64,000 nucleotides of DNA from the IMG/VR virus record IMGVR_UViG_3300024999_000035, positions 1 to 64,000 of that record; one strand, written 5' to 3'. Under the pieces are notes generated by a model that had not been told where the DNA came from, made no database searches, and worked only from the letters and a program-made list of their open reading frames with translations. Of the stretch, positions 9,625 to 20,615 are shown piece by piece. Position numbers and translations under genes: made by a program. The stretch is from a virus (Duplodnaviria > Heunggongvirae > Uroviricota > Caudoviricetes). Within the stretch, counting starts at the first letter, position 1; every line of letters starts with the position of its first letter.

Positions 9625-11730
9625 TTATGAAATGAGCAATTCCTTAAGATATGTTTTTCTATTAAAATCTGCTTTTTTCTTTATTGCCCGATTCACCGTT
9701 TCATTCTCTCCAAAATGAAATACCTTTTGTTTTGCCCTTGTTTGAGCCACATATATAAGATTACTATTCAGCATGAATGTATGTGCTTTTGGAGTAATCA
9801 TAATAACTATTTTTGCCTGACCGCCTTGCGCTTTAAATGTCGATATTGAATATGCAAGCTTAACATTCAATAAATCATTCTTAGTATAAACAACCAATTC
9901 ATCAAACATTATAATTACTTTACCATATTCAATTTTAATTATTTTTCCAATTTCTCCATTAGCAACAAATGTTTTATCATCTTCATCTATCCAACCATCT
10001 TTATATCTTATTGCTTTATAATTATTCACTGTTTGGATAACTAGATCATCTACATAAAACTTTGTTTCACCAATTTGAACATTAAATCCTTTTAGTGTGA
10101 CATTAGGATTAGCAATAGGTTGTAAATGTTTATTTATTACTATAGTACCATAATCTCCTACATTATATGAAGATAAAATCATAATATCTTCTATAGAATT
10201 TCCTGATGCCAATAGTTTTTTGTATAAACCTACTACATTTTTCATTACATTTTCTTGTTGCATTGGAACAAACATATATCCTTTATCATTTCCGAATATC
10301 TGTGGTTTTTGAGAATCTTCTAGAAACTTTTCACAATTTCTAGTTTTAGTTGCTACAGTTAATACTCCTCCTTCTCCATACCTAAATATTTGCGTCAGTG
10401 AAACTATGGGTATTAGTTTTGAATTAATTAAATCATAGAAAGCATTTCCAGCTCCTACTGATGGAATTTGACTTGAATCTCCAGTCATTAATAATTTAGT
10501 TTTCCTAAAGTCAATTGCTTCTAAAAGATGTTTCATTAAGAATACATCGCACATCCCGAATTCATCCACACACACTACGTCATATGGTAATTTATGTTCT
10601 TCATTATAACCCCACTCAGGAGGCATATAAGCCAAACCTCTATGAATTGTAGAAGCGTTTTCTTTTGTAAATTCAGAGAGAACCTTTGCTGCTCTGCCAG
10701 TAGGAGCAAATAAGCAGAATGATTTATTATTGTCTTTAAGCATATCAATTACCGATTTAGTAGTTGCTGACTTTCCACTTCCTGAAAAACCATTGAGAAT
10801 ACAAACATTAGAATTGCATACCATAGGTAATACTTTGTATTGTTGATCAACAAGAACAATATCACCATTATCTCTGTATTTTTCTGTATCAATTTCCCAC
10901 TTATTTTCTATCTTTAAACCTTCTAAAATTCTATTAGCAATATATAATTCTGTTTGATATGTTTCCTCTAGGGAAACGGTTTTATTTGCTTTATCAAAAT
11001 GAATATCTTTATCGTTCTTAATAATATCAACAAAATGTTCAATACATTTCTTCGCTAAAGATTCAGATTGTTTTCTTAGGACTTTAATATCAATTTTAGT
11101 ATTTCCATCATTCTCATTCTCTTCTAGTAGAAACATAATTGCTGATTTTTGTCTTTGACTAGAAGTTTGTAAATCAAATGTGAAATTAATAGGTGGTTTT
11201 TCTCCTTTTGCTTTTGTTGCAATACAGTCCTTATTAAATTCAAGAAGTATTTTATCGGCTGTTTTGAAGGCTATACGTGAGAGACCGCAGAGACTTTTGT
11301 ACGGATCGTCTTGCAGTTTTTCTTTAATCTTATCGACAGATCCATATTTATCATATAACGCTTTTAAAACTTTAAACTCAATAAATCCTTTAAATTCTGT
11401 AACCAGTTCTCCTAATACAAAATTTTCAATAATCTTTCTTTTTATTACCTCAAATCTAACTTCTCCAATATTGTATAGTTTCTTTAAGTTAATATCTTCT
11501 AAACGATTGTTAATAACTCTATCAATAATATCTGGATATTCACGCATCACTTCATCAACCTGACTATTACTATCTAATATGCTTTGTAAAAACAATCTAG
11601 TTGATGTCTCTGTTTTAGGCATATCCCTTCCTATGTTAATTACTTTATACGATATACCATTTTTACTTTCTTTTTCTTCTGCTTTTATAGAGTATTCTAT
11701 ACCTGTCTCAAGGTCAGGTATATTGCCCAA
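9625..11730 (-). CDS. RecD-like ATP-dependent DNA helicase (AAA_30 / UvrD_C_2 type) with N-terminal HhH region
   Basis: Walker A GFSGSGKSATTK, then LFAPTGRAAKVL and TIHRGL. 701 aa. Confidence 0.75.
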   Translation of the reverse strand: MGNIPDLETGIEYSIKAEEKESKNGISYKVINIGRDMPKTETSTRLFLQSILDSNSQVDEVMREYPDIIDRVINNRLEDINLKKLYNIGEVRFEVIKRKIIENFVLGELVTEFKGFIEFKVLKALYDKYGSVDKIKEKLQDDPYKSLCGLSRIAFKTADKILLEFNKDCIATKAKGEKPPINFTFDLQTSSQRQKSAIMFLLEENENDGNTKIDIKVLRKQSESLAKKCIEHFVDIIKNDKDIHFDKANKTVSLEETYQTELYIANRILEGLKIENKWEIDTEKYRDNGDIVLVDQQYKVLPMVCNSNVCILNGFSGSGKSATTKSVIDMLKDNNKSFCLFAPTGRAAKVLSEFTKENASTIHRGLAYMPPEWGYNEEHKLPYDVVCVDEFGMCDVFLMKHLLEAIDFRKTKLLMTGDSSQIPSVGAGNAFYDLINSKLIPIVSLTQIFRYGEGGVLTVATKTRNCEKFLEDSQKPQIFGNDKGYMFVPMQQENVMKNVVGLYKKLLASGNSIEDIMILSSYNVGDYGTIVINKHLQPIANPNVTLKGFNVQIGETKFYVDDLVIQTVNNYKAIRYKDGWIDEDDKTFVANGEIGKIIKIEYGKVIIMFDELVVYTKNDLLNVKLAYSISTFKAQGGQAKIVIMITPKAHTFMLNSNLIYVAQTRAKQKVFHFGENETVNRAIKKKADFNRKTYLKELLIS

Positions 11731-11880
11731 AATACTGACATTGTGATAAGAGTTTTTCGTTATATGTGGGTATTTAATATCATCAACTTATAATGCATAT
11801 ATTTTATAATCGTCTGTATTATAGGGGTTTGCGACTACGACTCCTTTGAATTCATAAATTATTTTATTTTTACTTGCCAA

Positions 11881-14301
11881 TTAATACACCTCATAGTCAA
11901 ATAATATTTTTTCAGTTTCACTTGATTTTCCCCATTTACCATCAATCATTATACTTTTCTTTTGATGGTTAAATTCTCTCACTTTCAAAACAGAGAATAA
12001 TTTAAAAGGATTTTCAATATAAATAGTAGCTTCTTTAATTTTTGTTCGTACTTCTTCTCCTGAATTGATTTGTCTCAGAATTACATGCGGTTTAAATTTA
12101 TCAGTATTTTTTAAATCAATTACAATATAGAAGTTATCTCCAGCTTGTTCATAAGTGGTGAAAATCGTATCAGCATATTCCAATTCATTCTTAATTTGTT
12201 CTTTGATAGACAATGCCTTATCTTCAAATTCCACGCTCACTTCTTTTATATATCCAGTCATATCTAATTTACGATATTGGTTTTCAGTTTTATCTTGAGA
12301 ATATTTTATTAATATATTCTCCTTTATTTCTAGTTTTTCAAGATCCTTTATTTTTAATTGTTTACGTTTGCCATGTTTATTATATAGATCAAGAATTTGC
12401 ATAAGTTTTTTATTTTTTCCATAATTAATAAAATAGTTCAATATAATAAGAATATTTATTTGTCTAGCACTAACTTTTACATTTTCAAAGATAATATTTA
12501 ATAAATCAATAAAATTAATATTCGGATTTTCATCAATAATATTACAGATAGAATCTCTAATTGCATTAGTTATAAATTTAATATCACTTGGTAATTTTTG
12601 TTTCTTTACTTTTGGGTCTAAGAAGTCATGTAATCTTTTATTTGCCATATCCAAATAATATTGTTTATTCAATTCTTTTGGAATACTTTCATGTAAAACT
12701 TCTTCATTGTAAATAAAACAATGTTCTGGAGTATTACCTATTTTCTCAATTTTATCTTCTCCTTTTACTTTGAATACTCCTGGGGATGATTCCTCCATAC
12801 TAGCAAAAACTCTTAATACTCTTTCGTTTATTTTTACATCTCCATACAAAGCGTGTTGGTATAATCTTGATACTTTAACAATCTTCTGATATTTGATAAG
12901 ATCATTACATTCATTAATAGTATCTTCAATTTGTTTACCATTTACAAAATAATTTATTAAAGCATCGTTAATAATTGGTAAATCATAATCAATTGCATTT
13001 AGTTTTTTTACATATGCCCCTTTGGATTTATACTTTCCTTTAGCATCAATAATAATATAGTTATTAACGTCTTTTTGAAAAATCTTATCAAATATTTCCC
13101 ATTCTAAATCTAATCTTGTTCTTATTTCCCATTCTTTTGCTACGTTTTTTATCTTTTCAATATCTTCAATGTTATTAATTTTAAGGAATAAACCATCTGT
13201 ATTCGATTGTATTAATTCGCAGAATGGCTCAATTTTATCTATTAAGTCTAGTAATAATAATTGTCCAGCAATGCACACATTATTAGCCATTAAAGGATCA
13301 TATAAATTATTATATTCATCTTTCATAGCACCATACGTTGCATTAAGAACAATTTTATAAGGTAATTGCATGGGGTTTTTCGCTGCTTTAAGTTTCAAAC
13401 GAGTGTCCCTTATTTCTTTATACTTACTAGAGTCACTTACATTTCTACTTACAAATCCATATTCTATCATTAATGCAGGATAAAGAGAAGCAACATCACA
13501 ACAAAGTATAATTCCTTCATATGAATAATTGGGGATTGCTCCATGAATTCCTCCCCAAGCAAATACATGTTGAACCCCTGCCACATCTGTGATTAAACTT
13601 TTTTTATAATTCATATTCTCTTTAACTTTATACCAATCCACGATATACTTGTATTTATCAGATATCATCAATGTATCCGGAATAGTTAATTCAAATTCAT
13701 CATTTCTTTCAGTTTTTTGTGAATCTAAAATAATAGCTGAAAGTTGTGCTTTTGTTTTTGTAAACATAGTCATTGGCATATTAAAAGCTTGAATTAAAGA
13801 TAATTGACTGTCAAATTCTTCTTTTCTATGATTGAATACTTCAATTGTTTGTTCAACGTCATGGGTACAATATTCTAATACTTCATCTAATTCTTCAGGT
13901 GTTAGTTTTCTATTTATAGTAAATGGTACTGATGATTCCTTTATTTTCGATCCAAGGAATCCTTCTAATTGTTTCAAGCTATGAAAACCAGTAGAAATAT
14001 CAAAATTATTTAATGGAAAGTTGTTTGATTTTTTTACAACTTGATTGCCTTTTTTATCATTAATAATAATTTCATTGTTTATTTTGTATGGATTCATTCC
14101 TAACAAAATTCCCTTGAGTATGTATTGGTCATAATTACGGCTATTATATCCAATCCAGATATCTTCTTTATGCTCTTCATAAAACTCACGTAATTCATCA
14201 GAATTGTTTACAATTTGTGTTTTTTCTTTTGTATCTTGATCAATACATACTACCATCCAATCTAGTTTGAACACCTCGAAGTCAAAAAAGATATTTTTCA
14301 T
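11881..14301 (-). CDS. DNA polymerase, family B (3'-5' exonuclease + polymerase)
   Basis: Exo I FFDFEV, Exo II YNSRNYDQYIL, Exo III YCTHD. Polymerase motif A DVASLYPALM, motif B KIVLNATYGAM, motif C SNTDG. 806 aa. Confidence 0.8.
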   Translation of the reverse strand: MKNIFFDFEVFKLDWMVVCIDQDTKEKTQIVNNSDELREFYEEHKEDIWIGYNSRNYDQYILKGILLGMNPYKINNEIIINDKKGNQVVKKSNNFPLNNFDISTGFHSLKQLEGFLGSKIKESSVPFTINRKLTPEELDEVLEYCTHDVEQTIEVFNHRKEEFDSQLSLIQAFNMPMTMFTKTKAQLSAIILDSQKTERNDEFELTIPDTLMISDKYKYIVDWYKVKENMNYKKSLITDVAGVQHVFAWGGIHGAIPNYSYEGIILCCDVASLYPALMIEYGFVSRNVSDSSKYKEIRDTRLKLKAAKNPMQLPYKIVLNATYGAMKDEYNNLYDPLMANNVCIAGQLLLLDLIDKIEPFCELIQSNTDGLFLKINNIEDIEKIKNVAKEWEIRTRLDLEWEIFDKIFQKDVNNYIIIDAKGKYKSKGAYVKKLNAIDYDLPIINDALINYFVNGKQIEDTINECNDLIKYQKIVKVSRLYQHALYGDVKINERVLRVFASMEESSPGVFKVKGEDKIEKIGNTPEHCFIYNEEVLHESIPKELNKQYYLDMANKRLHDFLDPKVKKQKLPSDIKFITNAIRDSICNIIDENPNINFIDLLNIIFENVKVSARQINILIILNYFINYGKNKKLMQILDLYNKHGKRKQLKIKDLEKLEIKENILIKYSQDKTENQYRKLDMTGYIKEVSVEFEDKALSIKEQIKNELEYADTIFTTYEQAGDNFYIVIDLKNTDKFKPHVILRQINSGEEVRTKIKEATIYIENPFKLFSVLKVREFNHQKKSIMIDGKWGKSSETEKILFDYEVY

Positions 14302-14317
14302 ATTATTTCCCTCCTAC

Positions 14318-15469
14318 CTAATCCATTAAATCCTTCATCCAAGATAAATCCTCTTCCTCAACCTTATTATTTTTATTCTTAAACATATCCAACGATTCTA
14401 AATACTCTCTATAAGGTTTATGAATTGCTGATGAATAACCATTCAAATTTGCTAAAAAATAACTTTCAGTATCCGTAACATCTTGCCACCATATTTTATT
14501 ATCCAGTGTTACTTTATAATCAGCTTGTTTTACCTTAATTTCCTCTACTGTCTTAACAATATCATCTAATAATTCTTGAATAGATTCATTATCTAAAGAT
14601 ATTTCAACATAGCAATCTTTAATTACGAATTTATTCTTAACATCATCTGGCAAACAATCTATGGAATTATCAATAGATATTTTATTAAGATAATCATCTA
14701 TTTCTTCTTCGCTGAATTTATTATCTGATTTCTTTAACCACATCTTAGCATTTGATGATAAACTACTTCCTATAGCATTTCTTTCAACGATTCTACTTTT
14801 TAATTTGCCATTAGCTTGCATACATTCTACTTCTACATATTTAAGGAACGCCCATCTAGCAATAATTTGATCCATTGGTATGTTTAACTTTTTGTGGACA
14901 CCATATGAATAAAGGATGAGTTGGCCTTTTTCTTTATCAATCTTTTTACCTTTGTATATACTAGATGTTTTAAAGTCAGTAATTACACATATATCTTTAT
15001 CATCTCTTTTTTCCATATGTATAGCATCAATATAAGCTTGAATTAATATATTATTTATTTTTATTGGAACAAACACTTCGCACTTTAATTTATGAGGTAT
15101 TCGTTGATGATTTTTAAAGAAGTGTCTCATACACGATTCATATTTATTTCCTATCTTTTTATTTTTGTCTTCATCGCTTCTATCATATTTTAGATTACCA
15201 ATAGTAAATTCAAATAGTTTTTCTTCAAATATTTCTATCATATCTGTGTATGATATTTCTTTATTATAATATTTCTCTAATATATCATGTGATGCGTTAC
15301 CAAATACTCCATATATTGAATCTTTCCTATCCTCTGGTATTTTAAGAATATATTTAAGGTAAAATGTGTATTTATCTCCTTTATATTGATTGTATTTAGA
15401 CCATGAGTATATCTCGTCACAATCTAATTTATTTGCTATTAATTTAATTTCTTCAAATTGTTTTCTCAA
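14318..15469 (-). CDS. PD-(D/E)xK nuclease superfamily protein (RecB/Cas4-like exonuclease)
   Basis: Contains ICVITDFKTS (D...D/ExK) and sits in the replication module. Confidence 0.45.
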   Translation of the reverse strand: MRKQFEEIKLIANKLDCDEIYSWSKYNQYKGDKYTFYLKYILKIPEDRKDSIYGVFGNASHDILEKYYNKEISYTDMIEIFEEKLFEFTIGNLKYDRSDEDKNKKIGNKYESCMRHFFKNHQRIPHKLKCEVFVPIKINNILIQAYIDAIHMEKRDDKDICVITDFKTSSIYKGKKIDKEKGQLILYSYGVHKKLNIPMDQIIARWAFLKYVEVECMQANGKLKSRIVERNAIGSSLSSNAKMWLKKSDNKFSEEEIDDYLNKISIDNSIDCLPDDVKNKFVIKDCYVEISLDNESIQELLDDIVKTVEEIKVKQADYKVTLDNKIWWQDVTDTESYFLANLNGYSSAIHKPYREYLESLDMFKNKNNKVEEEDLSWMKDLMD

Positions 15470-16538
15470 GTCTTTTGTCCCTCTCTTTAATATATTTTTT
15501 ATGTTCTGATTCGTCGTATATAATTCTATATTTTAGTAAGTATTTATAAACCTTATCTGGTTTATCTGCCGGACTTTCTTTATCTTCTAGTAATCCATAT
15601 TTATCGAACACATAACTTACGGTACGTATTCCATAGAATTTACTACACATGCTTCTAATATGTTGCAAAGAAACATCTTTATCCATGCAAATTACAACTT
15701 CTGTGTTTAATGAAATAAGTATTTTTACTTGCTCATCTGATATATCATGTGACCCTATTGATACACCTGTTCCATCTTTTCTACTATGTCTTTTTAAGGT
15801 TGACTTCTCCGATTCAAACGCAACAACTCTATTTTCTTCTTGAATAGTCTTATAGTTTTCTTGCAATCCATACAAATGCATTGATTTAGGAAACTTTTTT
15901 AAAGGAAAATATTTAGGAATATCGAGCATTTTATACTCAGGAATCGTAGTTCTTCCGATTACACCTACAAAATCATTTTCATCTCCACACCAATGTCGCC
16001 AAGGAATAACTATTCTCTTCTTTTCTGCACTATACCCTATTTTAAATAATTCACAGGTAAATGGCAGAATGCCGTCTTCCTTTATCCAATTTATATGGGG
16101 CAGGGATATATACTCCTTAATGATACCTTCGTCATACAACTCAATGTCGTCAATGTTTACAATGCATCTTTTTCTTTTAACCTTTTTGAATACATTTAAT
16201 GGATCTTTCTTATCAGGTTTATCTTGTTTATTAGTTTTAAATTTGTACTCTAAACCAAACAATTTATGTAAATATTTATTTGCTTTGGGAAATGATATAT
16301 TTTTTATTGTCATAACTAAAGTTAGCAGATCACCTCTAATTATTTCGCTATCTGATTGAAATATTTTAGTAGATAACGTTTCTTTATTTATAGCAATATT
16401 ATTATTCGATGTATGATTAGGTAATCCACATCTTAATTCTTTTGTATATTCCTTAATACCATGACAGTCTAGAGATTTTAGTATTTCTTGTAGTTTATCA
16501 TTGTCTAAGATATAAGTTTTTAATTCAATAGAGGTCAT
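15453..16538 (-). CDS. DNA primase, DnaG-like (zinc-binding N-terminus + TOPRIM)
   Basis: N-terminal CHG...C zinc motif. TOPRIM-like AFESEKS ... VVICMDKD. Confidence 0.65.
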   Translation of the reverse strand: MTSIELKTYILDNDKLQEILKSLDCHGIKEYTKELRCGLPNHTSNNNIAINKETLSTKIFQSDSEIIRGDLLTLVMTIKNISFPKANKYLHKLFGLEYKFKTNKQDKPDKKDPLNVFKKVKRKRCIVNIDDIELYDEGIIKEYISLPHINWIKEDGILPFTCELFKIGYSAEKKRIVIPWRHWCGDENDFVGVIGRTTIPEYKMLDIPKYFPLKKFPKSMHLYGLQENYKTIQEENRVVAFESEKSTLKRHSRKDGTGVSIGSHDISDEQVKILISLNTEVVICMDKDVSLQHIRSMCSKFYGIRTVSYVFDKYGLLEDKESPADKPDKVYKYLLKYRIIYDESEHKKYIKERDKRLEKTI

Positions 16539-16569
16539 TCAATTATTTTCACATCACTCTCTATTTATT

Positions 16570-17442
16570 TTATTTAATATCACTTTTTAAATTATAATTC
16601 AATATACTTTCATATTGTCTCCTTAATTTATCTCTACAGCCATTTTTAATTTTTATATGAAGAAAATTATATTCTTCTAAATACTTTTCCAATATTAATT
16701 TTTTATGCTTAAAATATTCCATGAACGCATCTAAAGGATCATTGAAATATCCTAAATGCTCCTGATTGCTATTATTTGAAATATAACAAGCATATTTTTC
16801 TTTTGTTTTATCATAAGACACTCCGGGATAACCACTAGTATTATGTTTCTGAATATTAGTAAAGAAGTTATTTATTTTTCCAGGTACGAACACACAATTT
16901 TCTAGATTATATATTTTTGCATCAGTTAAGACATCTTTATCGAGTTCGAATTTAATATTTTGATGATCTATCATATCTTGATAACCTAATATTTTAGGTA
17001 TGTCTTGAAGAAAATATTCAAAACACAACCATTTTTCATTTACAATACAATCTTTATATGTTTCTTCTTTAATATGAAATTTCTCATCATAACATCTTTG
17101 CAACATAGATACCCATTTATTTATATATGGATTGTGTTTAACATTTTTTACATATCCATAGTATCCTTTATTATAAATAATTGGTTTTAATGAGTCTTTT
17201 ATGTTTTTGTTTATAATTTGAATACCAGCAGAGATGGTTTGAAAACCAGTATTTTTAAATTCAACTACGTATCGTTTATTACCTGTTTTAGATCCGTTTG
17301 TATCATATACACCTAAAACTTTATATTCTCCAAATATTTTGCTTATAAAAATTTTTCCGATATATTTATTCCTATCGTTTTGATTTTCTATTTCTTTATT
17401 AATGCTATACTTTTTTATCAACAAATTATTCCCTCCTACCAA
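16570..17442 (-). CDS. homing endonuclease-like protein with C-terminal AP2 DNA-binding domain
   Basis: C-terminal SGYPGVSYDKTKEKYACYI...LGYF (AP2-like) plus a W..MLQRCY motif region typical of phage HNH/AP2 endonucleases. Confidence 0.6.
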   Translation of the reverse strand: MVGGNNLLIKKYSINKEIENQNDRNKYIGKIFISKIFGEYKVLGVYDTNGSKTGNKRYVVEFKNTGFQTISAGIQIINKNIKDSLKPIIYNKGYYGYVKNVKHNPYINKWVSMLQRCYDEKFHIKEETYKDCIVNEKWLCFEYFLQDIPKILGYQDMIDHQNIKFELDKDVLTDAKIYNLENCVFVPGKINNFFTNIQKHNTSGYPGVSYDKTKEKYACYISNNSNQEHLGYFNDPLDAFMEYFKHKKLILEKYLEEYNFLHIKIKNGCRDKLRRQYESILNYNLKSDIK

Positions 17443-18965
17443 TCTTGCGAAATATTACAAATTCCAAGTTCCTTATACATATTTAAAGATAAATCATACT
17501 CTGCAATGATTTGAAATTGATTAGTTTGCCCGAATCTATTTTTTGTAATAAATATTATAAGATATCGCTTATCTTTTTTTAACTTAAAAGGAATCTTGGT
17601 GAGATTTCTCTTCCCTTCTAGTTTGTATGGTTTTATTTCATGTTTTTCATTTTCATATTCATCTTCAAAAGGTTGTCTAATCATAATATTAACTGACATT
17701 ACATCCACAATCGATTTAGCCATACCAATTTCATTGTTTGTGTAATATCTTAGTTTAGTAGCAGTTTTACCTAATTGATATGTAACAAGTAGACTAACAT
17801 TTTTAGCAGTTGGTTTAATCACATCGTAAATTTTTACCATATCCCTTTGCATTTCCAACCATGTTTTATCAGAATTACTATCAGCATTTTCTTTAAGCGT
17901 ATCAATGCAAAAGTATTTTACATTTCCCAAAGCTGAATATTTCTTTATAATTTTAATGGCAATATCTGTAGTATATTTTTCTAGAGGTATAATTGTAATA
18001 TTTTTATTTTCCTTCTTATCTTCAATCCATTTTGCACATTTTCTTAATAATTCCATTGTTTTTTCATCAAAATTCCCATCCCTTAATATATATTTATGTA
18101 AGTTTTCTTTATAAACATTATTAGCTACCCATATAATCATTTCTTTTTGTATTTTGGTTTGATCTTCTTCGTTTATAATGAATACTACTTTTTCATCGTG
18201 TTTTAATACTGAGGGAAATAACCAATTGATTGCTGTAGTTGATTTTCCGGCTCCCGATAGTCCTCCCAATCCAACTATATTTCCTAAATTTAATCCTGAT
18301 ATTTCTTTATTTAATATAGTGCAATTATCAAGTGGTAGTCCTATATTGATTCCTTCATTTAATTTATCAATTAACTCATTTACGCCAGAGCAAGCATTGT
18401 AACTTTTAACATCACCTTCGACATTTACGAATATATGATTAAGATTAGTTTCATAATAAGCATATATTTCTTCTGTATTCATATCTGCGAATTGACTTAA
18501 TTTATCATGAACAGGGAATTTTGCTTTCATTAATTTAAGAACTGCATTCCATTTATGTAATTCGTTAATGTACCCGTCTAAATTTTCTTCTTTTACATAT
18601 TCTTTTGCTTTGTCAATGGTGTCATAACCACCATATTCATCATATTTAACTTTCAATTTATCATGTTTTTCAAGATATAATCCTACGGTAATTTCATCTA
18701 ATGATTGTTTCTTTTCTTTCTTGATAATATCATGAGCAATAACAAAATATATCTTCCATTCATTATTAGAGAAATCTTGTAAAGTCAAATTATCATATGA
18801 ATACATTAATTCTGGGTTCTTGTAAAATATAGATGTGGCGTTTGCTTCAGCAGATAATTTAAATTCTTTAACTTTTTTTACAGCATTAATTAATTCTTGT
18901 TCATAAGGACTTACTTCTTTTTTAGCAACAGTAGTTTTTGACTTTGTTTTTGTAACAACAGCCAT
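17436..18965 (-). CDS. replicative DNA helicase, DnaB-like
   Basis: Walker A GLGGLSGAGKST embedded in a DnaB C-terminal RecA-like domain. 509 aa. Confidence 0.7.
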   Translation of the reverse strand: MAVVTKTKSKTTVAKKEVSPYEQELINAVKKVKEFKLSAEANATSIFYKNPELMYSYDNLTLQDFSNNEWKIYFVIAHDIIKKEKKQSLDEITVGLYLEKHDKLKVKYDEYGGYDTIDKAKEYVKEENLDGYINELHKWNAVLKLMKAKFPVHDKLSQFADMNTEEIYAYYETNLNHIFVNVEGDVKSYNACSGVNELIDKLNEGINIGLPLDNCTILNKEISGLNLGNIVGLGGLSGAGKSTTAINWLFPSVLKHDEKVVFIINEEDQTKIQKEMIIWVANNVYKENLHKYILRDGNFDEKTMELLRKCAKWIEDKKENKNITIIPLEKYTTDIAIKIIKKYSALGNVKYFCIDTLKENADSNSDKTWLEMQRDMVKIYDVIKPTAKNVSLLVTYQLGKTATKLRYYTNNEIGMAKSIVDVMSVNIMIRQPFEDEYENEKHEIKPYKLEGKRNLTKIPFKLKKDKRYLIIFITKNRFGQTNQFQIIAEYDLSLNMYKELGICNISQDW

Positions 18966-19505
18966 TTACCATAATTCCTCCAATTCCTTATCGATCTTTT
19001 TATCTTTACTTTTTGCTTTATATTCAGCTCCTTCATGTATTTGATTTTCTAATTCTATATGTATGGTTTTTTCTTCTGCCTTCTTAGAATTTTTTAATCT
19101 TGATAAAACATTGTTTATTTCATTTTCAACAAAACTCATTATTGTATTTATTAAATGACGTTCATCTTTAATCTTCTCTCTACTTGGGCCTAAATATTGA
19201 AGAATACTATATTTACAAAATTTACAAGTCAATAATATAATTTTATAATCATAATTTGCTTGTGGTTTCTGTTTTTTATTTGCCATAAATGTTCCTTTAT
19301 GTAAACCTTTAAGTCTCAATGCTAAGTATCTTGGGAATTTTACACCCGTTTCATACTGTAAAATTTCTTTAAAAACATAGTTTGCTAATTCTAACCAATC
19401 CTCTTGTTCTTGTTTCTTGGTAATTTTCTCTTCCATTAAATCACCTCTATTAGTTTTATTAGAACTAGGGATTATTGACAAATCAATAATCCCTATTAAA
19501 TTCAT
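18966..19505 (-). CDS. hypothetical protein
   Basis: 179-aa ORF lying between the helicase and the AAA_24 gene. Confidence 0.45.
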   Translation of the reverse strand: MNLIGIIDLSIIPSSNKTNRGDLMEEKITKKQEQEDWLELANYVFKEILQYETGVKFPRYLALRLKGLHKGTFMANKKQKPQANYDYKIILLTCKFCKYSILQYLGPSREKIKDERHLINTIMSFVENEINNVLSRLKNSKKAEEKTIHIELENQIHEGAEYKAKSKDKKIDKELEELW

Positions 19506-19523
19506 AGATATGTGTATATTTAT

Positions 19524-20504
19524 TTACAGCATTTCAGCGAATTCTAACACCTGATTCAATTTTTCAATATCATTATTAACTAAATCTTTGATGTTGATTT
19601 CTAAATCTCTGATTTTCTTTCCAATCTTCTTTTGATTTTCCTCAGAACTAGTTTTTAGTAATGCTTTAATTTGGTTAGCAATATCTTCTGCTTGTTCATC
19701 TTCTGCTTCCATAAATTCAGTGTCTTTACTTACCCCTACTGATAAGTCTAATGCTTTTTTAACTCCAAATTTCTTTGTGCTTTCCCATTTTGCTCTCCAA
19801 ATTTCAAAAGAAGGATTTTCAATGATCTCTCCTTTTTTGGTTACTCCAGTTCTATCTTTATAAATTTTACCAAAGTAAGTTACATTGCCATCTTTGTCTT
19901 CTTTAGTAAACATTTGAAGTACAATATCAAAATCATGTTCTGCCTTCTTAGCTAAATCTGGTGCTTCTCCAATTTTCTTTTTATTAAGAGAAGATGGATC
20001 ATCGAAAATATCTTTTTGATGAGCAATTTCAACTACCCACTTACCCATCGAAGAAAATATGATATAAGCAGTTTTTAGAGCTTGATTCCATCTTTTAATA
20101 TGACCCCAATCACGAGTCGCGAGGCCCAAATCTGACATATCCACTTCTTTGCCTTTTCTCATTTGTTTTCTTGATCTTTTTTCAACAACTTCGTATGCTG
20201 CTGCTTGCATGTTCTCATATAATTTTGTTCCACTATCAATTGCAATAGTATCAAAATCTTTTAATGCTTCCTCATCATTTAATTCATCTAGTGTTTCTTG
20301 AACTTCAGAGGCAGATGTGGTACGCATGACTCCAATGATATTAGGATTGCTTTCAAGATAATATGTATTACCATCTTCACTATCTACTAAATTAATATTA
20401 GGAAATGTACCTGCAAACGTTGATTTTCCTGATCCGGTCGCCCCAAATGCTAATACTTTACCACCAACATATGCTAAAATTTCTTCTTTTTTCTGAAAAC
20501 CCAT
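19524..20504 (-). CDS. AAA_24-family ATPase (Sak4-like recombination/annealing ATPase)
   Basis: N-terminal Walker A AFGATGSGKSTFA and Sak4-like phage-recombinase length (326 aa). Confidence 0.65.
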   Translation of the reverse strand: MGFQKKEEILAYVGGKVLAFGATGSGKSTFAGTFPNINLVDSEDGNTYYLESNPNIIGVMRTTSASEVQETLDELNDEEALKDFDTIAIDSGTKLYENMQAAAYEVVEKRSRKQMRKGKEVDMSDLGLATRDWGHIKRWNQALKTAYIIFSSMGKWVVEIAHQKDIFDDPSSLNKKKIGEAPDLAKKAEHDFDIVLQMFTKEDKDGNVTYFGKIYKDRTGVTKKGEIIENPSFEIWRAKWESTKKFGVKKALDLSVGVSKDTEFMEAEDEQAEDIANQIKALLKTSSEENQKKIGKKIRDLEINIKDLVNNDIEKLNQVLEFAEML

Positions 20505-20556
20505 TTATTTAATCCCCTTTATTATTTATTTTATTATTTAAATGATTATTGTGTTT

Positions 20557-20581
20557 ATCAGGAGGAATTTAACCTCCTGAT
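20557..20581. promoter_or_regulatory. perfect 9-bp hairpin ATCAGGAGG-aatttaa-CCTCCTGAT in the 5' UTR of the AAA_24 gene
   Basis: Palindrome read directly. It contains an AGGAGG motif and its complement, with no U-tract on the minus strand. Confidence 0.4.
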
Positions 20582-20615
20582 TTATCCTGTGAAAATATTA
20601 ATATATAACTATTAA

